Of a DNA stretch of 64,000 nucleotides, positions 20,352 through 30,328 are shown in pieces. Made by a program: the position numbers and the translations under genes. The stretch is from Candidatus Methanomethylicaceae archaeon GD_Cm_T35_P0_bin.15. GTDB taxonomy: Archaea; Thermoproteota; Methanomethylicia; Methanomethylicales; Methanomethylicaceae. The stretch is from the NCBI GenBank assembly GCA_038801785.1, contig JAULTD010000001.1:441568-505567 (forward strand), written 5' to 3'. The notes under the pieces are model-generated. The model did no database searches. It was not told the origin of the DNA and saw only the letters and a list, made by a program, of their open reading frames with translations. Each line of letters opens with the position of its first letter. Position 1 is the first letter of the stretch.

Positions 20352-21728
20352 TTATTGCTGCTGTTGCCCGACCGGATGCTTCCTCATGAGCTCCCTGACC
20401 AGCCGCGCGTCTCCGGGCCGGAGGAAGCCCGTGAGCCTGAGGAGGAGGGCTGCGAGGAGCTCGATCGACAGGAGGGTCGCGGGCCACGGGAGCGCCTGCG
20501 AGGCTGCCAGGAGGTACGAGAGGAGCCACGGCAGGGCGAAGACCAGGGCGGCCTTGCCGAGGTTGATTACGTCGCGCCGCTCGGAGAGCACCAGCGCCGA
20601 GGCTGAGGCAGCGAGGAGGTAGGCGAGGGCTGCCTCCCTCTCCTCGAGGTTGGGGGCGGCTGCCAGCATGAGGACGACGAGTATCAGGAGCTGGATGATC
20701 CCCGCCATGACGACCCGGACCTTGTCCGCGCCTATCCTCGAGACGAGGATGGAGAGGGCCGCGAACGGCACACCGGCGAGGGCGAGCACCGTGAGGGCCG
20801 TCCCGCCGGACGCGAACGTGGGGCCGAGGTAGGAGAGGAGCTCGCGGGGGAAGGCCGCAAGGGGCAGGGCTGCCAGGACGGCTACCGCCAGGGCGATGCG
20901 CATCGCCTCGTAGGTCGAGACGTCCCTCTCCGGGCGGAGGGGGATGAGCGCGAGGGCAGCAGAAGAGGCGGCGGTGCTGACCGTGAGCGCGGCCATGACT
21001 GCTATGTAGAAGGCGCCCACCTTTGACGGGTCTGCGGTGACGAGCCCGAGGACGACGACCGCGGTGCTCATGGTTATGGCGTTGAGGGTGCCGGGGTAGT
21101 TGACTATGCCGACGCGGAGGCAGGTCCTTGCAGAGGAGTACGTGGGGCGCTGGATGCCGATCTTCCACATGACGTAGGCGGTGAAGGCGAGGGTGACGAC
21201 CATCGAGGAGGCTATCAGGGAGACCGTGATCCCGAGCCCGCCGAGGCCGCGGAGGACGAGGATGACCGCGAGGGCGTAGCGGAGGGCGACGCCGAGGGCG
21301 CTGATGAAGAAGCTGAGCCGGACCTTCTTCATCACGAGGATGCTGTTCTGGGTGACGAGGGACATCGGGGAGAGGAGCGCCATGACGGCGGCTATCGCGA
21401 CGTAGAGGAGGAACGAGTCGTAGATCGAGTAGAAGGCGAGGGTGAGGGCGGAGGCGAATATCCCTACCGGGACGGCGAGGATGATAAGCGTGGAGAACGA
21501 CCCCTTCGGGTCGCAGGCGACCATCTTTAATGTGGAGACGCCGAGCCCCATGTTCATCAGGCCGGAGGAGAGGGCTGCGACAGAGAAGGCGGTGGTGGCG
21601 TAGCCTATCGCGGAGGAGGTCGAGATGTAGCCGACGAGGAGCCAGAAGAAGAGCCCGCCGAAGACTGAGAGGGCAAAGCGCGCGGCGATCCAGCCCCTCT
21701 CGCTCCCGAGGGCGTCGGTGCTGCTCAC
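20352..21728 (-). CDS. Wzx-like polysaccharide/oligosaccharide flippase (MOP/MATE superfamily membrane protein)
   Basis: 458 aa with ~12-14 TM segments. A/L/G-rich helices and duplicated 6-TM architecture, typical of COG2244. Confidence 0.55.
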   Translation of the reverse strand: MSSTDALGSERGWIAARFALSVFGGLFFWLLVGYISTSSAIGYATTAFSVAALSSGLMNMGLGVSTLKMVACDPKGSFSTLIILAVPVGIFASALTLAFYSIYDSFLLYVAIAAVMALLSPMSLVTQNSILVMKKVRLSFFISALGVALRYALAVILVLRGLGGLGITVSLIASSMVVTLAFTAYVMWKIGIQRPTYSSARTCLRVGIVNYPGTLNAITMSTAVVVLGLVTADPSKVGAFYIAVMAALTVSTAASSAALALIPLRPERDVSTYEAMRIALAVAVLAALPLAAFPRELLSYLGPTFASGGTALTVLALAGVPFAALSILVSRIGADKVRVVMAGIIQLLILVVLMLAAAPNLEEREAALAYLLAASASALVLSERRDVINLGKAALVFALPWLLSYLLAASQALPWPATLLSIELLAALLLRLTGFLRPGDARLVRELMRKHPVGQQQQ

Positions 21729-21777
21729 GGGGTTCCCTAGGTAAGATAAGTGCCGGGCGGTATAAAAGGTAAAGGGG

Positions 21778-22179
21778 CTAGAGGGGGACGACCTTCACGC
21801 CGATCCTCTCCGCGGCAGCGATCTGCCTGGCGTCCCTCGACAGCAGCTCGGCGCCCAGCTTCGCGGCCAGCGCCAGGTAGAGCGCGTCATAAAACGCCAA
21901 GTTATTCTTTGAGGCGATCTCGAAAGCGGGCTTGAGGAGGTCCCTCGGCGGATGAAGCTTCACATTCGTGCCAGTTAATTCCAGCAGAACCTCGAGCGAT
22001 CTCTGAACCAACTCTTCATCGATCAATGCGCGCCTCCGCGCGATAAACACCGCGTTGAAGCTCTCCTTGATGACGAGATCCATGCTTACGGCGCCCCTCC
22101 CGAGCAGCGCCCCGATCCGCTCGAACCCCTTCTCCTTCAGGACGTAAGACACGAGTGCAGAGGCATCAGTCACTATCAC
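21778..22179 (-). CDS. vapC: PIN-domain ribonuclease toxin VapC
   Basis: 133 aa. N-terminal 'MIVTDASALV' with the conserved Asp5. 'FYDALYLALA' and C-terminal acidic residues. Overlaps the upstream antitoxin by 14 nt. Confidence 0.85.
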   Translation of the reverse strand: MIVTDASALVSYVLKEKGFERIGALLGRGAVSMDLVIKESFNAVFIARRRALIDEELVQRSLEVLLELTGTNVKLHPPRDLLKPAFEIASKNNLAFYDALYLALAAKLGAELLSRDARQIAAAERIGVKVVPL

Positions 22180-22408
22180 GAATTTCTCTCACCAGCTTTG
22201 CTGCTGTCCCCTCAGGGTGGGTCGGCATAGTCCTGAGCAACGCCTCCACGCGCTCCATGGTCTCGTGCCTCCTAGCTTCTTCGAGCTTCTGGACTATGAA
22301 GGAGCGTATCTCGTCGGACCAGCATATACGATCGCTGAACCGCTCCATCTCCGATTTGACTTCGTCCGGGATCTTGACGCTCACTACCGCCATTCTCCCA
22401 CCAGACAT
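22166..22408 (-). CDS. vapB: VapB-type antitoxin (RHH/CopG-like)
   Basis: 80 aa. 'VVSVKIPDEVKSEMERF' is RHH-like. Overlaps vapC start/stop. Confidence 0.7.
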   Translation of the reverse strand: MSGGRMAVVSVKIPDEVKSEMERFSDRICWSDEIRSFIVQKLEEARRHETMERVEALLRTMPTHPEGTAAKLVREIRDSD

Positions 22409-22646
22409 AAGCCATAACGCCTAAAGGTACAGGTACGTCCACTTTTTTGGTTTACTTAATTAAACATATCAGTATAACGCGACAAGTTGAATCCAGTATG
22501 AACGTAGATCGACTGCTTCAGCAGCCCAAGCATTTTGGCAGTATTGGTGTAGGTCGGACCGTAACGCGTTATGTTATATACCCCGCCCTCTCTCAAAAGG
22601 CTTAAAAAGATAATAGGAGCCTTCGATAAATATACATGGGCATTAC

Positions 22647-23501
22647 GTGATAGGTATGGCCTTGAAGGAGCGCTCTGAAAGGCTCGGGCTCCCGCTATTT
22701 CTGATAGGACATGGAAATAAGGGGTTTGTGGGAAAAACAAGGCTGCAGAAGATAATATACCTCATCCAGAACGAGGCCAAGTTGGATATTTATGATTTTA
22801 GGAAGCATTACTACGGGCCATTCAGCCGCGAGCTGGACAACGACCTGCTGAGCAGTCAAGATCTTGTCGAGGTCATATCGCACCCCAAGATACTGGCCCC
22901 ACATGAAAATTATTTCGAATTCAAGCTTACTCCCGAAGGGATGCGTGTAATGGAAGAGATGAAGAAGAGTTTGAGCGAGCCGTTAAGGGCGAGAATCGAG
23001 TCGTTAATCAATAGGTACTCTGCGTTACCGCTTGGTAAGTTACTCGAGGAGGCGTATGCGACCTTCGATGCGGTTGACGATCGTCTGAGGGGTCTTGAGA
23101 GGAGCACAGACAGGCTGCGCGATAATGTCCGTGAAATATTTAATACACACTGCAACCGGCAGTCGTTGTTTATTCTGACGGTTTTGGATTACGTCAAGGA
23201 CGTCCTTGAAAAGGCTAAGGACGTACGAGACGAGGTCCAGAAAGCAGTAATTCTTAGACTAGCCGCAGAGTTGGTCGAGACCTGTGAGGAGGCCTTTCCC
23301 GAGATCGCCCCTCCAGTAGATAGCGAGAAGCTCAGACCGGTTTTCATGAATATAGCTGACGTGTGGCTAGCGCTTATCGAATACTGTGACAAAAGGCGTA
23401 TTGTGAAGAATCCATTCGAAGCCCGGTTCGATGAAATCCTTAGCGAGGATGAGGCAGTACGTCTACAAACCGCCATGCAGGCTATCGAGCTCAAAGCGTA
23501 G
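22647..23501 (+). CDS. Panacea-domain (DUF4065, SocA-like) protein with an uncharacterised ~170-aa helical C-terminal domain
   Basis: N-terminal 'GKTRLQKIIYLIQNEAKLDIYDFRKHYYGPFSRELDNDL' matches the Panacea signature (LQKLLY ... W/Y.YGPv..el). Low-GC segment. Confidence 0.6.
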   Translation: MIGMALKERSERLGLPLFLIGHGNKGFVGKTRLQKIIYLIQNEAKLDIYDFRKHYYGPFSRELDNDLLSSQDLVEVISHPKILAPHENYFEFKLTPEGMRVMEEMKKSLSEPLRARIESLINRYSALPLGKLLEEAYATFDAVDDRLRGLERSTDRLRDNVREIFNTHCNRQSLFILTVLDYVKDVLEKAKDVRDEVQKAVILRLAAELVETCEEAFPEIAPPVDSEKLRPVFMNIADVWLALIEYCDKRRIVKNPFEARFDEILSEDEAVRLQTAMQAIELKA

Positions 23502-23707
23502 CCGTCCTGGATACCAATACGTGCATCCACTATTGCACCCATGCTACGTTCTCCATCCATGGGAAAAAGTTCACGCTTCAAACTTCCTGCACGCCGCGCA
23601 TACGTCCATACATTCAATCATTAATTAATAAGAGAGGATGTCAGATTCTGATTCCGGATGTAGTCGAGCCCGAGTTCAACAAAAATATCTGGAATGTCCT
23701 CTGTGAG

Positions 23708-24085
23708 GTGGTGCCTAAATGTGGTTTGACGACCAGAGTAGTTCCTCCCTTCCTCAAGGAGACTGCCAATAATTTTAAAGCCCTGAAGAGCAAATGCTTG
23801 CCCGCAACGGCCTCGACCACATCGCTAGACAAGGTTGCGAAGTTTTATGCGGATCTCTGGAAGAGGCCGGAGATGAAGTATAAGATCGAGAAGTGGGCAA
23901 GCATAAAGCGCAAGAAACCTTCGGAAGGACCCCCTAGCGGGGCCGATCTCAAAATATTGGCAGTTGCAGTCGATAATACGCATAGTCAATCAGAGCTAGT
24001 TACATTTGATCATGATTACATTGTTTTTTCTGACGAGATCACGCGAGATCTTGGAGTTATGGTAACAAATGGCTTCCTTCTATGA
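23708..24085 (+). CDS. Hypothetical protein, possibly PIN-like. The open frame extends upstream to 23453 with no ATG/GTG/TTG start, and an ATG sits 1 nt out of frame at 23638
   Basis: The upstream in-frame translation '..GCQILIPDVVEPEF..' looks like a PIN N-terminus. An SD-like AAGAGAGGA precedes the out-of-frame ATG. Probable frameshifted gene. Confidence 0.35.
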   Translation: MVPKCGLTTRVVPPFLKETANNFKALKSKCLPATASTTSLDKVAKFYADLWKRPEMKYKIEKWASIKRKKPSEGPPSGADLKILAVAVDNTHSQSELVTFDHDYIVFSDEITRDLGVMVTNGFLL

Positions 24086-24261
24086 CCTTAGTCCGCTAGC
24101 GATCCTTATTTGACTGGGGGGCCTCAGACAACCATCGAGGTTTATCGGGAGCGTTCTAGGATATCCGTCTGCAGGTCATGTGCAGATCGTAGCAGGCTTG
24201 AAACGAATACGTGTTCTGGATGTTCCATTAATGCGGACAGTAAAAAGGGGGGTGGGAAGGG

Positions 24262-24762
24262 CTACTGTTCGCGCTTCCCTGCTACAAGCACGAACCCCTT
24301 CACTATGGTAAGCACCGGCGGGATCATGAAGAGGAGCATCAGGTTTGTCAGGCGCAGCTGCAGCGCGGCGGTGACCGAGTAGGCGGGGATCATGTTCTCG
24401 GGAACGGCGATAGTTATGGCGCCTCCCTGGAAGGCGAGGTAGACGTAGGCGAGGAACAGGATGCCGAGGCCGGCGACGAAAAAGCCGTAGAGCTTCGATC
24501 CGCGGAGGAGCACCGCTGGGAAGGTGAAGGCTGCGATTAAAAGACCTGCCAGGGGAAGCATCGGGTGGATCAGGGCGGCGACCATCGGAGCTGCCGCGGC
24601 GAAGGTCCCGCCCATCTCCGGGAGGACCCTCGCAGCGAGCGCCACAAGGTTCGCCGGGACGAAGTAGAGGAAGAGGAAGGCCGCTGCCGCGAGTACGGCG
24701 CCGAGCACGGCGCGGAACGCGAGAGAGGTGCCCGTGAGTTCCAGATCGAGCAGCTTAGGCAT
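24262..24762 (-). CDS. Hypothetical polytopic membrane protein (4-5 TM)
   Basis: Hydrophobic 166-aa ORF. Its start overlaps the stop of the upstream surface protein by 8 nt. Confidence 0.5.
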   Translation of the reverse strand: MPKLLDLELTGTSLAFRAVLGAVLAAAAFLFLYFVPANLVALAARVLPEMGGTFAAAAPMVAALIHPMLPLAGLLIAAFTFPAVLLRGSKLYGFFVAGLGILFLAYVYLAFQGGAITIAVPENMIPAYSVTAALQLRLTNLMLLFMIPPVLTIVKGFVLVAGKREQ

Positions 24763-25936
24763 TCAGCACCACCACCTTCTGGGCGGTCCCGTACTCCGTG
24801 TCGAAGGTAAGCTCAGCCGTCAGGGACGTCTCTGAGAGGGCGCTCAGGCTGACGTATGCGGTGAGGGTCTGGGAGAACGTGCCGCCCGCGGGGACGCCCA
24901 CGTTTATCAGCCCGCTCCCGCCGATGTTGCTGCCGCTGCTGTCATAAATTGTGGCGCTGAGGGTGCCCTGCACCGGGAGGAAGCCGGAGTTGTCCGTGAA
25001 GCTGACCGGCACCGTGAGGGCGAAGTGGGTAGAGTTGTAGGGCTGCTTCCCGGGTGTCCCGAGCGCGAGGTCCTTCACCGGGGCGCCCCACTCCAGGGAG
25101 ACGTCCTGGTCTTCCCCGAAGAGCTCGGCGCCGTACGCCGAGAAGGAGCCCACCACGCGGTACTCGAGGACGGCGTCCTCAGTCAGGAGGGTTGAGACGT
25201 CGGGGAGCGCCATTATGACGACGATGCCGCTGCTGTAGCTGCCCTTCGGTGCCTCCATCTCGAGGGTCCCCCCGCCGACCTTCACGCCCTGCGGGTCGTA
25301 GACCGACATCTCCGCGGTCCCGACGACGGGCAGGAGGTCCGAGAGGTTGTCAAAGCTGACCGGGACGGTGATCCGCGCATGGGAAGAGTTGAGCGGCGAG
25401 AACTGCGGGTCCCCCACGCTGAAGTTGCTGAGGGGCGGGCTCCACGGTATCGTTGCGGCTGCGGAGCCCATTACCGAGGCGAGCGGCGGCATGCTGGCGC
25501 CTATCGTGCCGGTGACCGAGAGCAGCTCCTGCTCCGTGATGAGCCGCCGGAGCGTCTCCTCCGGCAGGCCGGACAGGTCGAAGCTGACGGTGAAGTTGGT
25601 TAGGACGTTGCGGGCGCCGGCGGGTATGCTTACGGGCCCGGCTGAGCCGGTGAGGAGCGTTGCGCCGTGGCTGTCCTTGACCGACACCTGCGCGCTGACG
25701 TCCGAGAGCGTTAACTGGCCGGGGTTGGAAATTGTGACCGGCAGGGTCATGGCGAGGCTGCTCCCGCCGCCCCCGATCCCGCCCTTGCTGATCTCGGGGG
25801 AGCCCACCTCGATGGAGGGGGCCAGCGCGGCGACAGTGTAGAAGAGGGTTCCGGCTGCGGCGAAGGCTACGACGACGGTGGCAACTATGAGGAGGTTGAG
25901 CGAGAGGACTGCTAGCGAGAATTTTGATTTTGCCAA
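24755..25936 (-). CDS. Secreted or membrane-anchored surface protein with two internal ~130-aa repeat domains and many N-x-S/T sequons
   Basis: N-terminal TM/signal 'LAVLSLNLLIVATVVVAFAAAG'. Two similar modules ('..PLNSSHARITVPVSFDNLSDLLPVVGT..' and '..PYNSTHFALTVPVSFTDNSGFLPVQGT..'). Confidence 0.6.
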   Translation of the reverse strand: MAKSKFSLAVLSLNLLIVATVVVAFAAAGTLFYTVAALAPSIEVGSPEISKGGIGGGGSSLAMTLPVTISNPGQLTLSDVSAQVSVKDSHGATLLTGSAGPVSIPAGARNVLTNFTVSFDLSGLPEETLRRLITEQELLSVTGTIGASMPPLASVMGSAAATIPWSPPLSNFSVGDPQFSPLNSSHARITVPVSFDNLSDLLPVVGTAEMSVYDPQGVKVGGGTLEMEAPKGSYSSGIVVIMALPDVSTLLTEDAVLEYRVVGSFSAYGAELFGEDQDVSLEWGAPVKDLALGTPGKQPYNSTHFALTVPVSFTDNSGFLPVQGTLSATIYDSSGSNIGGSGLINVGVPAGGTFSQTLTAYVSLSALSETSLTAELTFDTEYGTAQKVVVLNA

Positions 25937-26013
25937 GCGTTAATCATCCCGCCCCCTCTCTCTTGGCGAAGCGATAAATAGCTTTGCGTGGGGGACCGGC
26001 GGCTGGTGCAACG

Positions 26014-26625
26014 CTACACCGGTGCGTCAGGCGCGGGACCGCTGGGCGGGGGAGGGCTGCGCCTGAACCGCCTCGAGAGGGCGACCAGGGACGGTTTGAG
26101 CGGGAGGAAGCCCTGGTAGCGGACCGCGAAGGAGAGGGCGATGAGGAGGAGCGAGAGGAGGAGCCCCTCGGCGGTGAAGATCTCGGCGTCGAAGGTGGTG
26201 AACGTCGTGGGGGTATACGGCTGCTGGAGGAGGGCCAGCGTGATGGAGGGGGACGGGACGCTGCCGATGTGGATCGAGGACTGGAAGACGAGCCTGTAGG
26301 CGACGGGCGCGACGGGCCAGAAGAGCGGGGTGAACGAGGAGGTGAGGTCGAGGAGGACGTGGGACGCCCAGCCGGCGGCGAGGGCGAGGACGGGGTACTT
26401 GAGCTTGCGGGCGATGCGGGGCTTGGAGTTGAGGCGGAGGGCGGCGAGGGCGAGGAGGAGGGCGATCGAGGGGAGGAGGGAGTGGTCGATTGAGCGGTGG
26501 GTGTAGAAGAATATGTCGAGGTCGGGGAGCGTGGCGACGATGCCGATGGCGAGCGCCCACCTGAGGCGGAAGCCGAGGAGGGCGGCTACGGCGAACGGGA
26601 TGGCGAAGTGGAGGACGGGCTCCAT
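26014..26625 (-). CDS. DUF457/YdjM-like membrane-bound metal-dependent hydrolase
   Basis: 'HFAIPFA', 'LPDLD', 'HRSIDHS' and 'SHVLLDLTS' motifs. 203 aa. Confidence 0.5.
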   Translation of the reverse strand: MEPVLHFAIPFAVAALLGFRLRWALAIGIVATLPDLDIFFYTHRSIDHSLLPSIALLLALAALRLNSKPRIARKLKYPVLALAAGWASHVLLDLTSSFTPLFWPVAPVAYRLVFQSSIHIGSVPSPSITLALLQQPYTPTTFTTFDAEIFTAEGLLLSLLLIALSFAVRYQGFLPLKPSLVALSRRFRRSPPPPSGPAPDAPV

Positions 26626-26741
26626 ATAATCCCCAGCGGATAAGTGCGGCGGAGGGGGCTGATAAGCTTGATGGCGGGTGCGCCCGCAGAAAGGAGGGGC
26701 GGGCTATACGAAGATTAAGACGGAGAAGAAGAGGAAAGAGA

Positions 26742-27695
26742 TCAGGAGCCCGTTGTGTCTTTACTTTGGAACCACTTTACAGTCTCCTCCAGCCCTTCCC
26801 TGAGAGAGTATTCAGGGACGTAGCCGAGATCATTTTTCGCGCGTGTGATGTCCGCCACGGAGTGGAGCACATCGCCGGGGCGCGGCGGGGCGTACTCGAT
26901 GCCAGTGTTCCTGCCCGTTGCCGAGAAGACTTCGCGGGCAAGGTCGTTTATGGAGGTGCGGACCCCCGAGGCGATATTGTAGACGCCGGTCGCGCCAGAG
27001 GCGGCGGCGAGGATGTTGGCGCGGACGACGTCCCTGACGTAGACGAAATCGCGGGTCTGGGTGCCGTCGCCGTAGATTACGAGCTTCTCGCCGGAGAGGG
27101 CGCGGGTGATGAACTTCGGGATGACGGCGGCGTACTCCGATTGGGGATCCTGGCGCGGGCCGTAGACGTTGAAGTAGCGGAGGCAGACGGTGGGGAGCCC
27201 GTAGAGCTCGGTGAAGAGGCGGCAGTAGTGCTCCCCCGCGAGCTTGGTGAGGGCGTACGGGGAGAGGGGGCTGACGGGGAGGCTTTCAGAGAGAGGGAGG
27301 GTTTGGGCGTCGCCGTAAACCGCGCAGGAGGAAGCGAAGACGAACTTTTTGATATCACTGTCGCGGGCGGCTACGAGAAGGTTAAGGGTTCCGGTGATAC
27401 CCGCATCGTTGGTGCTGGCGGGATCGGATATTGAGCGGGGAACTGAGGGGATGGCGGCTTGGTGGAAGACGTAATCCACATCTTTCAGGATGCCGTTCAG
27501 GAAGGGGATATCGGCAAGGTTATTTTTTGCGAGTTTAACTTTATGAGCCTCAAGAAGGTCGGCGATATTGCGAAGGCTGCCAGTAGACAAATTATCGAGG
27601 ATAGTAACATCATTATGCGGAGATAACGCAATGCTCAAGCAAGAACCGATAAAGCCGGCTCCGCCGGTAATGAGAACCCTTTTGTCGCGCATCAT
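26742..27695 (-). CDS. NAD-dependent NDP-sugar epimerase/dehydratase (GalE/WbpP-like). Mosaic gene: the 5' ~270 nt are AT-richer than the rest
   Basis: 'VLITGGAGFIGS' Rossmann motif. Catalytic 'YALTK'. GC shifts at ~27420 inside the gene. Confidence 0.85.
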   Translation of the reverse strand: MMRDKRVLITGGAGFIGSCLSIALSPHNDVTILDNLSTGSLRNIADLLEAHKVKLAKNNLADIPFLNGILKDVDYVFHQAAIPSVPRSISDPASTNDAGITGTLNLLVAARDSDIKKFVFASSCAVYGDAQTLPLSESLPVSPLSPYALTKLAGEHYCRLFTELYGLPTVCLRYFNVYGPRQDPQSEYAAVIPKFITRALSGEKLVIYGDGTQTRDFVYVRDVVRANILAAASGATGVYNIASGVRTSINDLAREVFSATGRNTGIEYAPPRPGDVLHSVADITRAKNDLGYVPEYSLREGLEETVKWFQSKDTTGS

Positions 27696-27813
27696 GGGGC
27701 TATCATGTGATGTTTAATCCTATAAAACTATTAGAGAATCGCCGATCAGCGCCCCCAGTTTGGAACCTGAGCGCTCCTAGGAAACTTTAAACGCTCGCCA
27801 ATAAGGCAACGGC

Positions 27814-29277
27814 TCATCTGCTATACAGAACCTCGAGTATGTATTTTGCGTAAGGGTAAAGCTGATCCAACTGTTTCCGGGACAGGAAAGCAGAAGATAC
27901 CTCGGCCAGGTCGGACTTTGACAGCAGGTTTAGCCGAGCATAAGCAAACATAGATATAGCTAGAATAACTAGTGTTCCGATAATCCAATTAATATTTAGA
28001 AAAATCATCGCGAGCGCTACTGACGAGGGGATTACTGCGAAGAGGAGAGAGGAATTCCAATCGATAGCATAGCCTATACGGCGGGCCATGAAATATACTG
28101 CGAATAATGCAACGAACAGACCTGAAATGTAGGCGAGGGCAGCACCATTATTACCATAAAGGGCAACCAAGATAGGGTAGAGGGCAATACGCGGTACATT
28201 GGTTGAGAAACCCAGCAGAGTAACGTATCGATAATGACCATATGCATAGATGAGGGAGTTGAAGCCGTAAGAGATCGGGGCGACAAGACAGCCTATCATG
28301 AGGAGCTGGAGGGTAAAGGATGCTTCGACATAAGATGCCCCGAGAAGAGAGAGGGGGACATAAGGGAAGGCAATGACCACAGCAGCCAAGGGGGCAATAA
28401 TGACGGAAGTAAGGCGGATTGACCTAGATGTAGAGCGCTTCCTCCCGTCGCGCATACCGCTCAATATAGGAAACATGAGACCTAGAAGAGACAGAGGGAG
28501 GGTGTAGACTATTTGCGATATCTGGAAGGCTATATAGTATGTGCCAGCCTGCGTTGCACCGGCTAAACCATAAACGCCGATTACGCCGAGCTGTGTGCCA
28601 GCAGTCAATACGAGGGAGGGAACCCAGGAGGGCAAACCTTGCCTGATCGATTCTTTTGCGAGGTGAAGACTAGGTTTTGTGGCTGACACCGTTCTTCGTG
28701 AGGCTAAGAGAAGTATAACGTCCTGAACCATACCTGCGATAATGAATGCTAGCATTACGCCCATAAAGCCAGTTTCAGCATATAGGAGAAGAAGCCCAAG
28801 AGCCAAGCGTGCTAATGTGGCGAGAATGGTAGAAAGCGCGATTATGTGGGTCTTCAATGTAGCATTGTAAAGCGCATTGGCGACTGGTGGAATGGAACCG
28901 AGTAGGAAGAGTGCCGTAATGAAGGGAATTGTGAATTGTGTTAAACCTATGAGAGTGCCTATTACAGATATAAATAAAGCGGCGGAGCCACTTACGGCCA
29001 AACTAGTTATGAATGCGGACGCGAAAACGGCGCTTAACCCTTTTCGATCATTGGAACCATATGCCTGACCAAACATACGTGTGGCGCCAGAGGAGATACC
29101 TAAACTGGAGATACTGGTTATGAGTGAGGCCAAGGCTATAATGGCGGCAGCATCGCCCACTATTGACGGATGCACAAATTGGGATGCAAGCAGCCAGAAA
29201 AGGTAACCTACAAAACTACTGACGATCCCGGAAATGTAGAGCCAGAAGCTGCCCCGTATTACTCGGTTAAGAGACAT
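27814..29277 (-). CDS. Wzx-like oligosaccharide flippase (MOP superfamily)
   Basis: 487 aa with ~14 TM segments. Low GC. Its 3' 320 bp are repeated at 31816-32137. Confidence 0.6.
   Translation of the reverse strand: MSLNRVIRGSFWLYISGIVSSFVGYLFWLLASQFVHPSIVGDAAAIIALASLITSISSLGISSGATRMFGQAYGSNDRKGLSAVFASAFITSLAVSGSAALFISVIGTLIGLTQFTIPFITALFLLGSIPPVANALYNATLKTHIIALSTILATLARLALGLLLLYAETGFMGVMLAFIIAGMVQDVILLLASRRTVSATKPSLHLAKESIRQGLPSWVPSLVLTAGTQLGVIGVYGLAGATQAGTYYIAFQISQIVYTLPLSLLGLMFPILSGMRDGRKRSTSRSIRLTSVIIAPLAAVVIAFPYVPLSLLGASYVEASFTLQLLMIGCLVAPISYGFNSLIYAYGHYRYVTLLGFSTNVPRIALYPILVALYGNNGAALAYISGLFVALFAVYFMARRIGYAIDWNSSLLFAVIPSSVALAMIFLNINWIIGTLVILAISMFAYARLNLLSKSDLAEVSSAFLSRKQLDQLYPYAKYILEVLYSR
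27815..28137. repeat. Copy 1 of a ~320-bp direct repeat (the 3' end of the flippase gene); copy 2 at 31816-32137. The central ~100 bp are identical
   Basis: Side-by-side alignment of the two stretches: a perfect core 'tattttgcgtaagggtaaagctgatccaactgtttccgggacaggaaagcagaagatacctcggccaggtcggactttgacagcaggtttag', with ~75% identity in the flanks. Confidence 0.9.
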
Positions 29278-29831
29278 TTACAAACGCACAGGTGTGACCT
29301 ATTCATTTAAGGGTTAATAAGATTACCATATCTAGAAACAATCCCTCGCACAGCTTTGTCGCCCTATAAAAATAAAGGGCTTCAGATCGTTTTTCGGCGT
29401 AAAGCCTTTGACAAGAACATAAGCCACTAAAATAAGCGAAAATACAACCCGTCTTAGTAGTTACATCCGCTATCAATCCAGTACCATCGACGTTAATTTT
29501 CCGCCTTCGCGTTCTCATCGTTTGTTAGAGGATCACTTTCTGGCAAATGTAGAGGGATGAAGATGATGCCTTTTTCGGCTATCCAATAGGAGCTTTTGGG
29601 GTAGACATTACAGGTTAAAGACTAATTAGTCTTAACTTTTTCTTTAGAACAGAGGGTAAAATAAGCCATAGCCGATGTAAAGCATGCGGGATTTTTAGTT
29701 TATTACTTAATATATATGGCATAAGCGCTTCTGAAGGCATGACTGCAAGAGACTTTTGTACGCGCACTTCAAGAGTTTTATTACGTTTGTGTCGGGCTTT
29801 AGTATATGAAGGGAGTACGGATTTCATTATG

Positions 29832-30287
29832 TTAAATACTAACAGATAAGTCTATGTACTTAAAGACCGGCATATGACGTCGGGCGTTATATGTTGTGCT
29901 AAGATTTCTAAAGAGTATGTAATCTGCAGGCAGTTCACCCTTGAACTCAAGATCTATCTGATGCAGACCGTCATCGTTATGAATAATGTTTGAATAACCA
30001 AAATCAAAGGCGTACCCAGACAATATCGGGATGGCCAGCTCATCCCTACGCCCAGTATCAAATCTCCTGATGAGTTCCTCATAATATTTCTTTGCAAGTC
30101 TAACACTTTGTTCAAAATAGTCTTGTTGATATAAGATTTCGATTGCGCGGTAAGCGAGTAAATCGCCTTCTATCCACTTGGACTTAAGCACAGGCTCATG
30201 TTTAATTAAGAACTCTCCAACACGGTACTCAGCCTTATTGGCAAGTTTCGCTTCCGTTTTCTTCTCCACATGAAGCTCTGGTTCCAA
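29832..30287 (-). CDS. Hypothetical protein (low-GC island)
   Basis: 151-aa ORF. Codon usage is consistent with its low-GC neighbours. No recognisable motif. Confidence 0.4.
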   Translation of the reverse strand: MEPELHVEKKTEAKLANKAEYRVGEFLIKHEPVLKSKWIEGDLLAYRAIEILYQQDYFEQSVRLAKKYYEELIRRFDTGRRDELAIPILSGYAFDFGYSNIIHNDDGLHQIDLEFKGELPADYILFRNLSTTYNARRHMPVFKYIDLSVSI

Positions 30288-30328
30288 ATATAACGTCGTG
30301 ATAGAGTGATTACTTCGTTTACGCTGAT

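Noticed and set aside
20305-21168. 287-aa Arg/Pro-rich ORF overlapping the flippase gene in another frame
   Set aside because: It lies entirely inside the well-supported multi-TM flippase ORF and has an out-of-frame artefact composition.
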